From the NCBI GenBank assembly GCA_051294905.1, contig CM119371.1, positions 37,884,001-37,948,000 of the forward strand: a stretch of DNA of 64,000 bases. The letters are read 5' to 3'. Below the pieces are notes generated by a model. That model was not told the DNA's origin. It did not search any database and saw only the letters and a list, made by a program, of their open reading frames with translations. Position 1 is the stretch's first letter, and every line of letters starts with the position of its first letter. Shown here one piece after another: positions 13,283 to 27,123 of the stretch. The translations under genes were made by a program, and so were the position numbers. Source of the stretch: Botryllus schlosseri. Its lineage: Eukaryota.

Positions 13283-14241
13283 CACTAAATAGTCTTGCCG
13301 TGTGTTTTGAACATAGTTCAAGTGTACTAGCCCTGAATGTTCGATGACACCACTTCTATCAGCTTTGCCGGTAAATCTGATAATGACAATGTATTTGCAA
13401 TATGCAAGTAACAATATAATGAACAATTTTCATTCTTTAACCAAAAAATTTTCGCGCTTCGCGCGAAAGTATTGACGTCAGAGTTTTCTACAATCACACA
13501 TCACTTTATATGAGCGGAATATATGCATAAAGATCGCCTCAGATGTTGTGTTAATCATCCAATAAGGGCCCAAGACCATCGTTTTAGTCCATTCTTCCTT
13601 ATCTTTGGGTGGGAGGGGCTCATTTACGTCATCGAATTTTTGCCCCCCCCAAATATTTTTTCTGGCTACGCCCTTTTGTAGGCTAGGTTTGTCATACGTC
13701 GGGCAGGAAATTCGATTATATGCCTATGCCTAAATGTCCGAAATTTTGAAGGCTTGAAGTAGACTCAAATTTCTGTTCGTAAATCAAAATAAATAATATT
13801 ATTTTTGAGCAGATTTATGCTATTTGACATTTTTCTTCGCGTTGCGCGCGATTTAATACTACGTATATTGATATTAATAAGGGAAACACGCAACGCGCCC
13901 TAGCAAAAATGCAATCACAAATAAATAAAAATAAACATCGTTTACTGAAATAAGTGTGATTGTGATCGCAATTATAAGATAACTGTATATCATTGATTGA
14001 AGCCGTTTGGATGCTTTAGTTTAGTCCAAGACAGTTGTTCTAAACCTGGGGGTCGTTTGCCTTTATTCTGGGGATCGCGAAGATGTTGGAAATCATCAGC
14101 TTCCAAAATAGGCCGTGAGTAAGTCTGGGCAAGCTGACTTTCTGACTTTTTATATTAATCAGGCTATCATTTTTTTAGCTGGACCGCGGAACATTTTCAA
14201 ATTGGAAATGAGCTCGTGGCCATAAAAGGTTGGAAACCGCC

Positions 14242-14494
14242 GAGCGAGTTAGTGTAATGGTTATGCGTCCGGCTTCTCGGTCGGTAGGTCGTGGGTTCAA
14301 TCCCCGACCGGGTCATACCAAAGACTCGAAAATTGGGCTATACTGCTAGGCGCTCAGCAATCATGCACGGATAGCATGGAGGAGAAAAAACGGGGGCGGA
14401 GACCAGATGACCTCACGGCCGTATCGCAACTCCGTCGTCAAAGCATCTCGATGGTGCAGGCTAAAAAGAATATCATATCTCTCTCTCGCTCTCT
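14242..14494 (+). mobile_element. tRNA-derived SINE, copy 2
   Basis: A box tagtgtaatgg, B box ggttcaatccc, same body and CT tail as 1350-1620. Confidence 0.8.
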
Positions 14495-15566
14495 GAGCAA
14501 TATACTGGTGTATTTTATAGTGATATGGCAGAACCAATATTATTGACAGAATTCATTAACAAATTCTAACACGCAGATGCATATACTAAGCACAATTCAA
14601 AACCTGTGTTTCACTTCACTCCTGTGTACAGTCGATAGGCGAAGCTTTCCTAGTGCGAAGTCATATTGATTGAAAATGTGTTCATACCTCATTGTAAACC
14701 CCGCTAGTGGGCGCTAAAATCTGTCCGGAATTTGATCCACAAAAATATGGTAACCCTATTGTAGGCTGTAATAGAAGAGGCATGCACCATTGTGTCCTAC
14801 AATGGTGTGGCTGTGGACACAAGATAATCTTACGGCTCACTGCAATTGGTCAACATCACACTTTCCATCTGGCTAAAGGCAATTTTAATGAAATAAAATT
14901 GGTATCAATCGAAAGCTACCGAGGTACTGATTACGAAAATATATATTCTATTGTGCTCGTGGTCCTAGAATCCCTAAAAATCATGCCCCGAATTTTGATT
15001 GTTACAGAGTTTTGTAGTGTGACACTGCTGTGCAATTTGAAAGCAGCAGAACTGCTACTCCTGTAGCTGGTGACTCGAGCGCTGATTCCGAAAATACACA
15101 TTAAAACTTGGTCATAACAATGAAACCACGCCGAATTCGCCGTCTGAAAATCAGGATTGTTCGGAACAATGACTATAACAATGACCTTCGCGCCGCTCCA
15201 AGTGTAGATTGCGACGTCACACTACTGTCCATATAGCTTCAAGCAGTTCCATAAGTATCTACAGGCAGCAAAGAAATAAAGAAATTGTTTTGTCACGTCT
15301 GCGTTTCATTAAACTTTTCATTCGCGAACCACCATCCGTGTTTAGCCTACTCTACGTGACGTCAACTGAGACGTTGTGACGCAAGTGAGAAAACAAATTT
15401 TGATGCGATGAAATAAGTATCGAAGTCCGAACCACATCGTTTGGAATAATGGTGAGAATGACCATTTAATCAGGTGCAGGACGGAACGATTTTTCCAACA
15501 GAAGTTTATTCAATTGAGTTTTTCAGACATCGCGTATTTTGAAGCATATATAGCTTATCCTTCTTT

Positions 15567-17161
15567 TCATAACTTTCTTCGAACCTTCATCTCCGTGTAG
15601 CGTAGAATTCTGTAGGGCAACCGCCACCAGATGCCTTTCGCGTCTGTTTTGTTGAAGTTTCCAATCAAATTACTATGGCCGCAGTTGATATACCACCAAG
15701 CTCCTTTGTAGTCAGAAGCACAATTCCCTCTTGACCAATTATCGTGATCGGCGTCTTTTGTTGAGAATTGACGGTTGTTGTGATATGTGAGAGCATCGTG
15801 GCTTGCATTCCCGGAGAATCCGGATACGGTCAGTCTGTATTTGTCCGAACCGGGTCCAACTTGGAAATTGCTGAATAATAACAAATATATCGCGCGTGTT
15901 TTGATTGGAAACTAGTTGCGGCTGAACGAAACGCAACGAAGAGATGTCAACTTCATTCCTTATGCAAAACATGTTTGCGGTAACTAATATTCTAATTCTT
16001 GGATGGCGGCATCGCTACGTCACAGCGACGGATCAGTTCATAGTTCACATTGTACCATAATAAAATCTCAATTCATACTTAATACATTTCAAAAGGTAAG
16101 ACGTGATACTTTCGTACTCATTCACTGTATCGCCAGTGGTGCTTATATGTCGGCACTTTGTTCAGTTCTGTTCGTCATTTTATCGCACAATTGTTATTGA
16201 CAATTCAATATTTGTATATCAATTATTACATTAAAACAACACATGCCTGTATTTAGCCACCAAGGGAATTCCTGTATCGTTCGTGGTCATGTGGATTTCC
16301 AATTCCATGTTCCCGTATTTTGTCCTTTCATGCAATTCCTCGAGTCCTGGGAACAAACGTTATGAAATTATTGAAGGTTTTGAATCAAATTACTTTATCA
16401 GGCGACATTGTTATAAACCTGTACGTACAACATGATGTAGGAAATTTTCTTCATTGCGGAATAAGTCTATTTCTCATATAATGACCAAGTTTAGATCGAC
16501 AAATCCTACCACTTGAAGGAATCTAATTACATTCAAAACCTGCTTACCGAGCCAGAATTCTCCTTCACTGTTTCCGAATCCTTTCACGTAATCATTCCAA
16601 CCTCTGTAGAAATCCACGTGTCCGTTCATTCTCCGCTGGAAATCCTGCAACGGAATTAAGCGAGCAATCAAAGTTTAAGAAATGTCATGAATTCTCGTCT
16701 TTGAGTTATGGTTTTAGTGTTATTACCCATCGATCTCCTATTTTAAACATCTGTTCATCTTAATTAGAGCTGGCCCATGATGTTTGAAAAAGCGCCATAT
16801 TTTAAATATTTTCAATTCTACTCACAATCCATCCCTTTGCTGCGGGCGATTTCTTCTCTTCTTCTGATCTGAGTTGAAGTTCCATCGTTATCGCCGACAT
16901 CACTTGCCGACCCTTCATGAAACGTTCACAGTTCGGTTCAGTTAGGACGTCATACTACCTAGGCCCTACCTATACTAACCCCGCAATCCCCTTCTAAGAT
17001 CCATTTACGATCAACGTAACTTCTCACGCAAAATTTCGCTAGAAAAGAATGAGATAAAATACAACTTGATTCAATTTCGGGAACAAATCCTCCCTTCCTG
17101 ATAAACGAGGGTAAGTCATCCCAAATCCGAACATCAAAAAAGTCCAATTTTTCAGCAACAT
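15567..17161 (-). CDS. Fibrinogen-related domain (FReD, ficolin/tenascin-like) gene, multi-exon, paralog 1
   Basis: Exons read [32 protein letters not shown] (~16547-16645), ~16247-16347, and FSTKDADHD...[19 protein letters not shown]...TEMKVR (15567-~15870). The 5' exon structure is uncertain. Confidence 0.85.
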
Positions 17162-18462
17162 TTTTCGATGTGTCCTATTCTATACCGAACTTGACAAAAC
17201 AGATGGTATCGAGTAGATGAAAGTATGGATGCAGAAGAAAACTAAGGTCTGGGTATAATGATTCGAGTACTGAAATTATATACGCCCTTTGCCACCAAGA
17301 GGCAATTCCTTAACGAGAATTTAGTTTCGGTACAATTTCCCACCCTTGAAAGCCCGAAACCTCGATTGGTCATATCGAAGCAACCGAATCATGTAGGCGT
17401 ACTACAGAAGTCGTGATCAACCTATGACATGGTCACAAAATGATATGAAGTAGTACAATCACAAAATGCAAACTCATCAAGAATGTGATGTATAAAACTC
17501 ATGTTATATTCGTTGTGGTTCTGGTGGTATAGAAGGTGCATTACACCTATCCACACCATTCAGATTGTTGCAACGTCATATGAGTGATACCCGAATACTC
17601 GTCTCGACTCAAAGCCTAATACCCGATTCAGAATCCATCCACTCATTAAGGTACTCGATATTATCCAGCCCTAATAATATGCGATCAACTTCAACTGAGC
17701 CACACGTATAAGAGCCTCTCTGAGCTCATCTTATTATACCAATAGCGGTTACTTCAATAAAGCCTAATTTTTCACCAATTGCTATACGTTTGCAATGACA
17801 TTGCTGCGTTACTGTATTGCAGGCATTAGTGCATCCTGCAATATTGTAGTCGATAGCGATTAATATTATCACGATAACACCAAAATCAATACTCTCTCAA
17901 TACTCGACTCAATTCATTACAATAATACATATTTCAGATGTGAATACTCGAATCATTGCCCCTAGCCCTAATATCATAAAGGCAATACAGTTAAACAACG
18001 AAATTGACTATTATAATATTCTTATCGTGCTATTCTGTAGGCCCTACTCCTTATGTAGGCTACTTTGTGATGCTGTTTCCGAATATTAGCTGTGTAATAT
18101 AACTACTGGCACATCAACAACCACTGCGCTTATCCTTGAACCGCTAACTAACGTTCAACATGCAGTTACTACATTCCTAACATATATGTAGAGGCATGAG
18201 TCAACAACGAATTGAGCAGATTTACCAGTGTTACGTTTCCAGAAGGAATATTCCTCGCGGCTGAATTTCGTATTCCAAGTGTTGCCTCAGTCTCATTTGC
18301 TATAACAATCTGCACTCTGAATTGGAATCAACCTCGAGCCAACCGTTTATATCAGTGACCGCCAAACTGGGTGCTGCGGCACGCTAGTGTGAATATGAGT
18401 CGTACCCCTTTTTGCTACTCAAGTAGAAGTAGAAGTAACGTAAGTTCACGTTGGAGTATAAA

Positions 18463-18884
18463 TAGGGTTACCCTATTTTGGAATCGGGAAATGAGGACAC
18501 TTTTTACAAATCATAAAAGTTAGATCACCAGAATCGAAAACGGCTGATTTTAAAATCTTTACTGAAAATCTTTTTGTGTTGACTAAGAAAGGTGATCATT
18601 GATGTCATAATCCCGACTCGACTCCCGGATTATCCACTATTTAACAATACGACAGTGGTGTTGACTAATAAAAGTGAGGTCATTTTTACAGTCCGACTCC
18701 CGAACGACGCGCTCGAAAGTCCGCATTACATATTTCGCGTCATTTATGGCGTTTTTAGTTCAGCCCGTCCATTAGCCTAGCTGTCAAAGCTGGCAACAAG
18801 AACGAATTTCACAAAAAGAGGACATTTTCGATTTCCGGAAAAAGGAGGACGAATCGTCCTAAAGGAGGACATGTGACAACCCTA
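18463..18884. mobile_element. MITE
   Basis: Ends tagggttacc / gacaacccta with subterminal gaggac repeats. Confidence 0.5.
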
Positions 18885-19705
18885 AGTCATGGTAGGGATG
18901 TCCAACTACGAATAAAGCCAAGTATTCTAGGCCTAAATAGGCTAACTGTTGAGTAGAAGTGAAAGTTGTCCAAAAACACGACCACTGGAATAAGTATAGT
19001 ACAAGTATATGCAAAACCCAGTTGAACATTCCTAACGTAGAAATACTTCGTTACTGGCGACCACTGAACAATTTATATATGAATATTACTATATCAATTC
19101 ATTCATACCACAGAATCGACATCGACTGCGATTAGCCAGAAATATTTTTGGACTTGGAGACCCCGTGGTTCAGAACAGTTTACACACTCACGGATTCGCA
19201 TATTATGATTAATTTCGACCGCAATTGATGACAGACTTGGAAAACAGGAGAATTCCGGAGCTAGATGTAGGTAATTTAATTCTAATATAGTTTATGAAAT
19301 GTTTCTATGCTCCCGTTTTCATTCTAATCTATTTACTGATTATCCTTACTCCTAATCTTACAAGAGAACTGTATGGGGCGGAAAGAGCCAAGCTCGGCGT
19401 ACATATGAGTAGTGTATGTAGGCCGATTATAGCCACCAATGAGATTACGCCACGTGTCCAGCCACGCCCACTTTCAAATTTAAATATTACCGCGCATTTT
19501 TTCAATTTTTTTTTCGGTTACTTGCCGAGAATTGAACCGAGGACCTCGCGACTCGGAAATATTACCGCGTATTTTTTTTTCTTACCCGAATTACCGCGTA
19601 TATTTTTATTTAATTTTTTTTTTATTTTTTTTACTCGAATTTCAGTGGATTATAAGAACGAATCCTTGCAGAGATATGAACCGAGGACCTCAGGACTCAG
19701 ATATG

Positions 19706-19785
19706 AAAACGCGCCTTCTCCTGGAATCGAACCGAGACCCTCATGTCTTATAGACCAGAACTGTAACCATTACACTATCGCGCTC
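19706..19785 (-). ncRNA. tRNA-like RNA polymerase III unit (left-arm copy)
   Basis: Mirror of 34427-34506. Confidence 0.5.
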
Positions 19786-19901
19786 GTTGAGAACATCCGT
19801 CTGTATTGAAGGTTTTAAAAAAGGTTGTCTAATAAGACGCAAACATTGAAAACGCATTTATTATTGTCGCCACAATCACCATTTATTTTCCGGGATATCC
19901 A

Positions 19902-20177
19902 CATGATAATATTCCCTATAATGTTTGTCATCGGAGGCGGTAAATGGCTCCGATTTAATTTCCGGCCTCAAGAAAACCGCGAGGCCACCGATTTCATTGT
20001 TCACGACTGGACGAATTTCCGCAATCCTCTCGGGCGATAACATGATAATGGTCCCTATAATGTTGCTCATCGGAGGCTGTAAATGGCTCCGATTTAAATT
20101 GTGTCGTCAAGAAAACCGCGAGACCACCGACTTCTTTACCCACGACTGGACGAATTTCCGCAATCCTCTCGGGCGAT
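19902..20177. repeat. Two-copy 139-bp tandem repeat in the left arm (mirror 34035-34310)
   Basis: catgataat...cctctcgggcgat begins at 19902 and again at 20041. Confidence 0.9.
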
Positions 20178-22840
20178 CTGCGTGATTCGTAATTCTCCAA
20201 ATAGGCTTCCAGTAGCTCATCATCATCGGATACAGGTTCGGTTTTGATTTTTACCGTGGAAAAAATTAAATCAGAGATGGCTACCGTACGCTTCCTAGCC
20301 CGCGCTCTCAATTGCAAGGCGAGGAGACGAGTGTACCATTAACATTATAGACGTACAACGAGCGATCAATGATAAGTGGCTCTGTATATCATGAGCAATA
20401 ATAAACGACGAGTGTGCCATCAACAATATAGACGCACAAACGAGCATATTTAACTAGCATTGATGCTATATCGATATGGCGCAGTATGTATAGCTGCATG
20501 CTAACCAATTCACATTTAACAATGCGACCCGCGTACAATTATGTAGCCCGATTTTCGTTGAATATTGACAACCCCAACAAATCGAATGAGCTCTTTTCCG
20601 TAGACATCTATAACACAGCTGTCAGTTCAATGGACACGAACTTGAGATTCCGTAGGGTTAAATTCCAAATCAAATAAGACCAGAGTGACTTATCTCTCTT
20701 TCAGGATTTGGACTGATGCGTCCGGCCTATGTCGCAACACTACAATATGTGGCAACACAAACCTATGTATACGTACAGTTGTTATTTGTAGTGTCATCGT
20801 CGCCCGCTGATGCGATAAACTCCCAACAGCTGACACATTCGGCTTCAATCTGATACCAGCATAATTTTTGTAGGTCGAGAATAAGGGTCTCAGGTAATTT
20901 AATTGCAACTAAAATGCCTGCGGCGGCTAATTCTGAGCTTGTTTTGGCTCGGGGGTCGGATGCAACATATGAATCCATTGGCATGGCGCACTATAGCCAA
21001 TTTAGGATGATGAGCCAAAACGCGTAGGCGAGAGAATGGAGATAATAACTAGCCTATATATTTAGAACAAATCAAGTATTGATTTCATGATAACGTATTC
21101 GTTATAACGTCATAAACATTTAGCGAGTTGTATAAGCTGCTTATCCTCAATAACCAATTTGTGGAAATTAGTGAAGAAGTGGATTGTATAGATTCTTAGA
21201 ACAGCACGAGAGTCTGGTTATAGATTTGCTGATGGTACCTGCTGACAGCATCATAACCACGCGACCTTTACTTACCCGTCAGCTAATGTCTTACTATGTA
21301 AAACATGCTTTCTGCACGTTCTTCCGTGAAGACGAACGTAATTTACTGATGTCCTAAATATTAAATTAATTCGGTTACTCTATGTGGCAGCTCATAATTT
21401 GAAATCAGCAAAGACTTCATTACATTACAAGTCTTACATTTTACGTTACTTCTTGATCGTTTCTTTACTGCAAAAAGCGTTTATATTCAACTCGTCGCAT
21501 TTTAGATTGCTTCGAGTCGTGGCGGTAGTTATGAATAAGTTAATATTGTGCCTACTGTCCAGTGCACCTATAGATGCAGAATGTACTTAACACGCGCATG
21601 GATCGCTTATTCCAAATAAATCGCTTAAAGTAACAAACGTGCTGGAGTTGTCAATCTAAAATCATATTCATGATACGAAATAAGTCATTGCCATTTTGAA
21701 TTTATGATATTTTTATAAACGACCTTTAAAAATGCGCGGGCCCCGAAGTCAGGTTATTGCACCAGCAATAAAAAAGTAACATTGTAAGTTTAATCAGGTC
21801 GATAAAATATTATATATTTTTTGTTACATTTCTTCCATATCTGCAAATATATCTTGATGCTATCGTGAGCCACTAAAATGTTGTCCGCATGCGATCCGAT
21901 AACCGTAGTTTGCTCATCCCTGGTTTTAATCATAATCTTTCAAGTAAGTTCTGTTGGTAGGCAAGCCCTACCAGGGTATATTTTGATAAATGCGGGAGTA
22001 AATCGTTATCGAGCCCCTTTCGTTAGCAACTTCTTCAGTAACACAAAATGGGTGACCAATCGCGGCCTCTCGAAATAAATGAACAGCATGCAATATGAAC
22101 AGGACATGAAGCTACGATGTCCGATAATTCCTTTCAATTAAAGTAGAAGTATAGCTATTTCCGACCGAGTAAAACGTTACTCGACATCGTGCTGTTGATA
22201 GTAGTGAGAAATGACATTCGTTTACTTTCGATAATATCCAACATACGGGCTCATGTCGGGGGCAATTTTTAGAACTCTAATATCGCATAGCCCAACTTTG
22301 CAATATTTGTCGATTTATTTAGTCATGTTTTCCTTGCAATAGCCATTCAGCATCGCGAAAATTCATAGTAGAATTTAGAATAAACTGCTACCGTTCATCA
22401 AGGTCGTTGAAAAGTACTTTTCAACGTTTAACTATCATGACATAGTAAACTTCTACTCAAGTACGAGAAGTAGCGATTGTAAGATGATTAGAAAATAAGT
22501 ATTACGGACGCAGTTTTGCCTAAAACCTAAATCACAACACGTTATCTGATCCCTTCCGAATGGCGAGATTAAATATCCCTGAAAAATGAATATTATTCAT
22601 AATATTCACATTGCTATACAAGAAATTTGCCCTGACATTGGCCATAGTGACCATTTAGAATTGGATAGTCAAGGAGTCGAAATTTCTTCGATGCGCATAG
22701 TGCACTAATTCGAGTGCTGAAATCCAATCGACTATATTTGTTATAATGATTCGAGTCGGGTAGTAAAATTTAATTAGCCAGCACTGAAATTACAGCAATA
22801 TAGTTTTACGACCGATGCGAAATTTGGTAGCCATTTCCAG

Positions 22841-23290
22841 GAATAGTAATCAATCCGAAACATTATGATAAATAGATAAGGTTGAAGAAATATAAAAATA
22901 TCATCAATGGTGTATGTATTATGAAACTGGAAATATTGTATTTGCGGTAGCCCGCGATTAGTTTCCAATTCGTAATTTCAACCGCATCGGCAGTTTTTTC
23001 ATCAAAATAAATAAACAAATACTTTGATGCTAATTTCAAAATAGCGTAAATCTCTTAATGAATTTCCCTTGAATAGTAATTAATCCGAAACATTATCATG
23101 CAAGGTCTAAGAAACATAAAAATATCATTAATGTGGTATGTATTGTGAAACAGGCAATATTTTCTTTGCGGTGATCAGAGAATATGTTCTAATTCGTAAT
23201 TTCAACCCCATCACCAGTGTCTCATAATAATGAATTAGCAAATCCTTCGATCCTAATTTTCAAAGTAGCTTAGCTTAGATCTCTGAATGA
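22841..23290. repeat. Diverged ~230-bp tandem duplication directly upstream of the Bcl-2-like gene (mirror 30922-31371)
   Basis: gaatagtaat(c/t)aatccgaaacattat at 22841 and 23071, with shared aattcgtaatttcaacc downstream. Confidence 0.75.
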
Positions 23291-23317
23291 CCTCTGACTC
23301 CCTGTTATCTTCAAACC

Positions 23318-24200
23318 ATGGAATTATTAGGAGTATCACCATCGGTCACTGAAGAAAAGGATGAAATTACATCCGGGGCATATTCCTTGGCCAGGAATTT
23401 TATCATGTACGAACTAGACTGGCCAAGCGTTAAAGCAAATACGAATGCGGAGACAACCTTACGGCGAGTTGGTGATGAAATGTTCGAGCGACATCGAACT
23501 GTCGTAAATGCAATCTCTAAACGTCTCCGATACAGTATTGTCGAAGTCGATGAAAAATATGAAAAATATTCTGCGGATGAGCGGATGTTTCTGATAATAG
23601 CTGATGAAATTTTTAAAGATACTCAAGAAAATTGGGGTCGTATTGTATCTCTGTTTGTGCTGGGTAGCATTCTTGCTCGCAAAAACGAGGAAGAGCATCA
23701 CGGTGATAATATAGAAGATATCATACAGTCAGTCGGGAATTACATCGGTAGAAGAAGACGAAAGTGGATAGGGGAAAATGGAGGATGGGTAAGCGATTTT
23801 ACATGCCCTGATAAGGACTTGGGAATTATCGTTTAGCTTGAGGTACTGTGTATCTGCTCTCGAGAGCCCATACCATCTATCGATAATGAAACTTAGCTTG
23901 CACTTCACAATTCGGTTTTCAATTCAAATTTTGTCATAAGGCACAGAAATTTACAGACCAAGCGCCCCGAGCTTTGAATTACCTAGCAAGTACGGTGACT
24001 TTCCTCTGCAAGATTAGGAACGCTTACATTTTTTTTGTTTGTTTCAGGACAGTTTTGTAGGATTTTTTGATAACGCAGCTCTCGATGATAGTAAAGTTTG
24101 GAAGAGGCTCATGTTTGTCGGAATTGGACTGACGTCTATTGCAATGGCAATAACAAGATCATGGATACTCCTTTGCCATACATCATGTAATAATTTTTAA
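23318..24200 (+). CDS. Bcl-2 family protein (multi-BH, likely pro-survival), exons 23318-23788 and 24048-24200, 207 aa
   Basis: BH3 TLRRVGDEM, BH1 NWGRIVSLFVLG, BH2 WIGENGGW|DSFV. GT-AG phase-0 intron 23789-24047 right after GGW, then a hydrophobic C-terminal tail LMFVGIGLTSIAMAI. Confidence 0.92.
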
Positions 24201-24721
24201 ATAATATATTTCTTCGCCGTTTCATTACATCAATTTTCCCTGTAGGACGGATGCAGTTTCTTCTGAGATTACATGAAAGATTGATCCATAAAACCGTCTT
24301 TATCTGGAACATTTCTATTCTTCAAATTTATCCAGCTACGTAAGGGAATTGTTAGGTTACCTAGAAAACGCCGCAGGTCATATTTGACCCAATTCCGATC
24401 ATAGTAGCGACAGGGAGTTATGACAGCTCAAAATTATCCATCTTTCGATGCCAAATATCGTTGGTTCTCCACGACCTAATATCGTGTTCTATAAATATTG
24501 TGTATATGGAGCAGATATAAATGTTGCTATTTTGTTGTTATTTACGAAGAATACTTTGCTCAGTAATTAATTTCACGGGGATTCTAAACCTCAATACATA
24601 CAAGAGAGCCAAGTTATATCAACCTGGGTTAACCTGTAGTGTTATGTAATTACCTACAATTTTATCAAGACGTAGCGAACACGATAAGTAATATGAAGTG
24701 AAGGAATAAGGGGGCCAAATT

Positions 24722-25981
24722 TCAATGTATAGATGCATATTTATGCGGGAATATCGTCCTACTGGACGAATGCAATTGTTTCCTTAAAGTTTTCCTGTCT
24801 ACGCCATTTAAGCGCGGTAAGATCAGTTTGAGTTGGCGACATTCAGGATGATATTTCACGAAGCTCTGAATGGTAGTCACATATTACCCGTGGATTCTTG
24901 TTCTATCGCTGTCACTGAGGTCGAATACCTTTAGCTGTTCATTGAATAATTGATTATTAGGCGGTTTAGATCAATTTCATAAACGAAATTTGAACTACAT
25001 TGCTTTATTGAGAACCATGAGAGAGCAGGAAATAACTTACTGTAGTGCATCGCTTCCCCATCTCTTCGGTAAGATTCCTGATTTGCAATGAAGCATCTTG
25101 CAATTACTCAGGTTGAATTCTTCAACGCGGGTTTTATGCAGGATATCAGTTGCTGTTTTGTAGCAGGAGGAAATGTCAGGATTTCTACTCAAATCCAGCG
25201 TATGCAGCTTAAACACAGTGTGATGTTCAAATATTTTACGACGCTACAAACCACTCAGTTGCTGTAACAATGATATTTATAGACGACAGAGCAATAATAT
25301 CAATTTCTGCGCCTCATCGCAAAACTGGTGTAATACAGAAATTGATGAACGTCGATAGGATTTGAAGAAACTGCCAAAACTACCATTAATATGAATGAGC
25401 GATAGAAAACCTTCCGCTCATAAGCAATATGACACTTTTTATCAGCAGATGTGATCACGAATGCCTTATTGATGGTAAATTCGCTCGCTAAATGAAATGC
25501 TATGCCTGACCTTGATAGGAATTCATATTAGTAGTACACTATGCTTGATTATTTAACTTGCAAGAAAACAAAACAGATCTAGCTAAAATGGATCACCTCA
25601 TGATTTCCGAGACCGTTATTCAACGAAGTTAATGACTGTTCATCCAATTCGCAAGCTGAAAGTCGAACTGCCTTCGTGTTATGCCTTTTCGCGAAGCGTT
25701 CGATTTCTTGCAATCCTATCGGTTCCAAATCCGTATTGTAACTTAGATCGAGTTTATCAACCTACAAAATACAGCAAATTATTCTGAACACGACACACAA
25801 AATTGTGGAAACGAGTGGCTACCTCGATTTCACCGAAACATTCAAAAGCACGAATTTCATAGGGTGTAAGGTCGCATCCTTTCATCACAAGGCTAACCGC
25901 TTTGTCTTTAGAAAATAAGGGCGGCAGTGCAGCCATACACTCTTCATTCAGACAATTATAACTGATGTCGAGATATTGGAG
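24722..25981 (-). pseudogene. Multi-exon leucine-rich-repeat (RI/NLR-like) gene remnant, left-arm copy
   Basis: Mirror of 28231-29490. Confidence 0.7.
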
Positions 25982-27088
25982 CTAAACGAATATGGGAAAC
26001 TGACAATTTACGACCATAATTAATCGGCGATGAAGACAAAGATTACAAACTTATAACAGAGAAATGTTGATTAGCCAGTCACGTCATAATAGATTAGCGA
26101 AATGTTCTGAGATTAAAATAGCACTTCCGTGATACCTCTCAAATGGACTCTTTGCAACCAGTCATAAAGAATGTGACTATTGACCACTACTCAACATAAG
26201 GAATTTCAACTTGATCATGATCCATAAGTATTGATTGAGGGTGCATCCTCTTATCACCTGTAGCATATGTGAATTATCGTGAATTCATGATCAGAAAATA
26301 AAATTATTATTCATTCTAATCAACATCCAATGTGATTTTTGTGTTGGACTATTTCAATATTTCGATAAGTCGGATAAAATGGTGATACGTGACATATATA
26401 CTCAAGCAAAAAAACTGCTCCATTACCAACACCACCGCGTATATGCCAATAACATAAGACTAAATCATGCTAGTTTGCAGAGTTTAGTCAACCATTGTAC
26501 AGTTTATGCGCTATGAGAATATCGAGTTAATCCAATTACATCATCATAAAGTTTATCCAAGAGTCAAAACTATATAATTTTCCAGTATTGTATGGACTAA
26601 ATTATTAGAAATAAACATCCAAAATGTTAAAGCTTTGGTTTTTACTTTATAAGAATAATTTTATATACTTTATTATAATCATGGTAGGGTATTTGTAATA
26701 ACGAAGGTGTTCTTTAACAACAAGCTATCTTTAATTTTATCAATAACACAAGCTAATTGATACATTTTGAAATTGACTGTAAGATATTAAGCTAATCGTC
26801 AGAGTCGACGGTGATAAAACTATTTTACTTGAGTAATATTTATCGCTACATAAATATCGTTACGCCTTCGGTGCGATGTAAATAGTTGTCTCGTGCGGCA
26901 TCCGTTGCGTGTCGTCACCCTTCGTACACCGTCGAGGAATAGGCTAGCCGGCTCCGTTGACTTGTGACTATTTGTCGTAGACTTAAGTTGTGATATTGTA
27001 AGTTTTGAGGTTCTAAGATGGGTCCGTTCTGGTAAAAAGGAGTCCGCGAATACAATAAAGAGACAATCCTGAGGATGCCGCCCGCCCC

Positions 27089-27123
27089 GCTCTGGGTTCG
27101 GGGCCAATAATAGGGATTAAATA
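27089..27123. other. 35-bp asymmetric spacer at the palindrome centre
   Basis: gctctgggttcggggccaataatagggattaaata between ...gccgcccgcccc and ggggcgggcggc... Confidence 0.95.

Noticed and set aside
19294..19809. 171-aa ORF across the left element boundary
   Set aside because: Non-coding T-rich terminal repeat sequence that spans the insertion junction.
23789..23836. ORF-track C-terminus VSDFTCPDKDLGIIV of the Bcl-2 protein
   Set aside because: Intron read-through. The donor gtaagc and a downstream exon complete BH2 and the membrane anchor.
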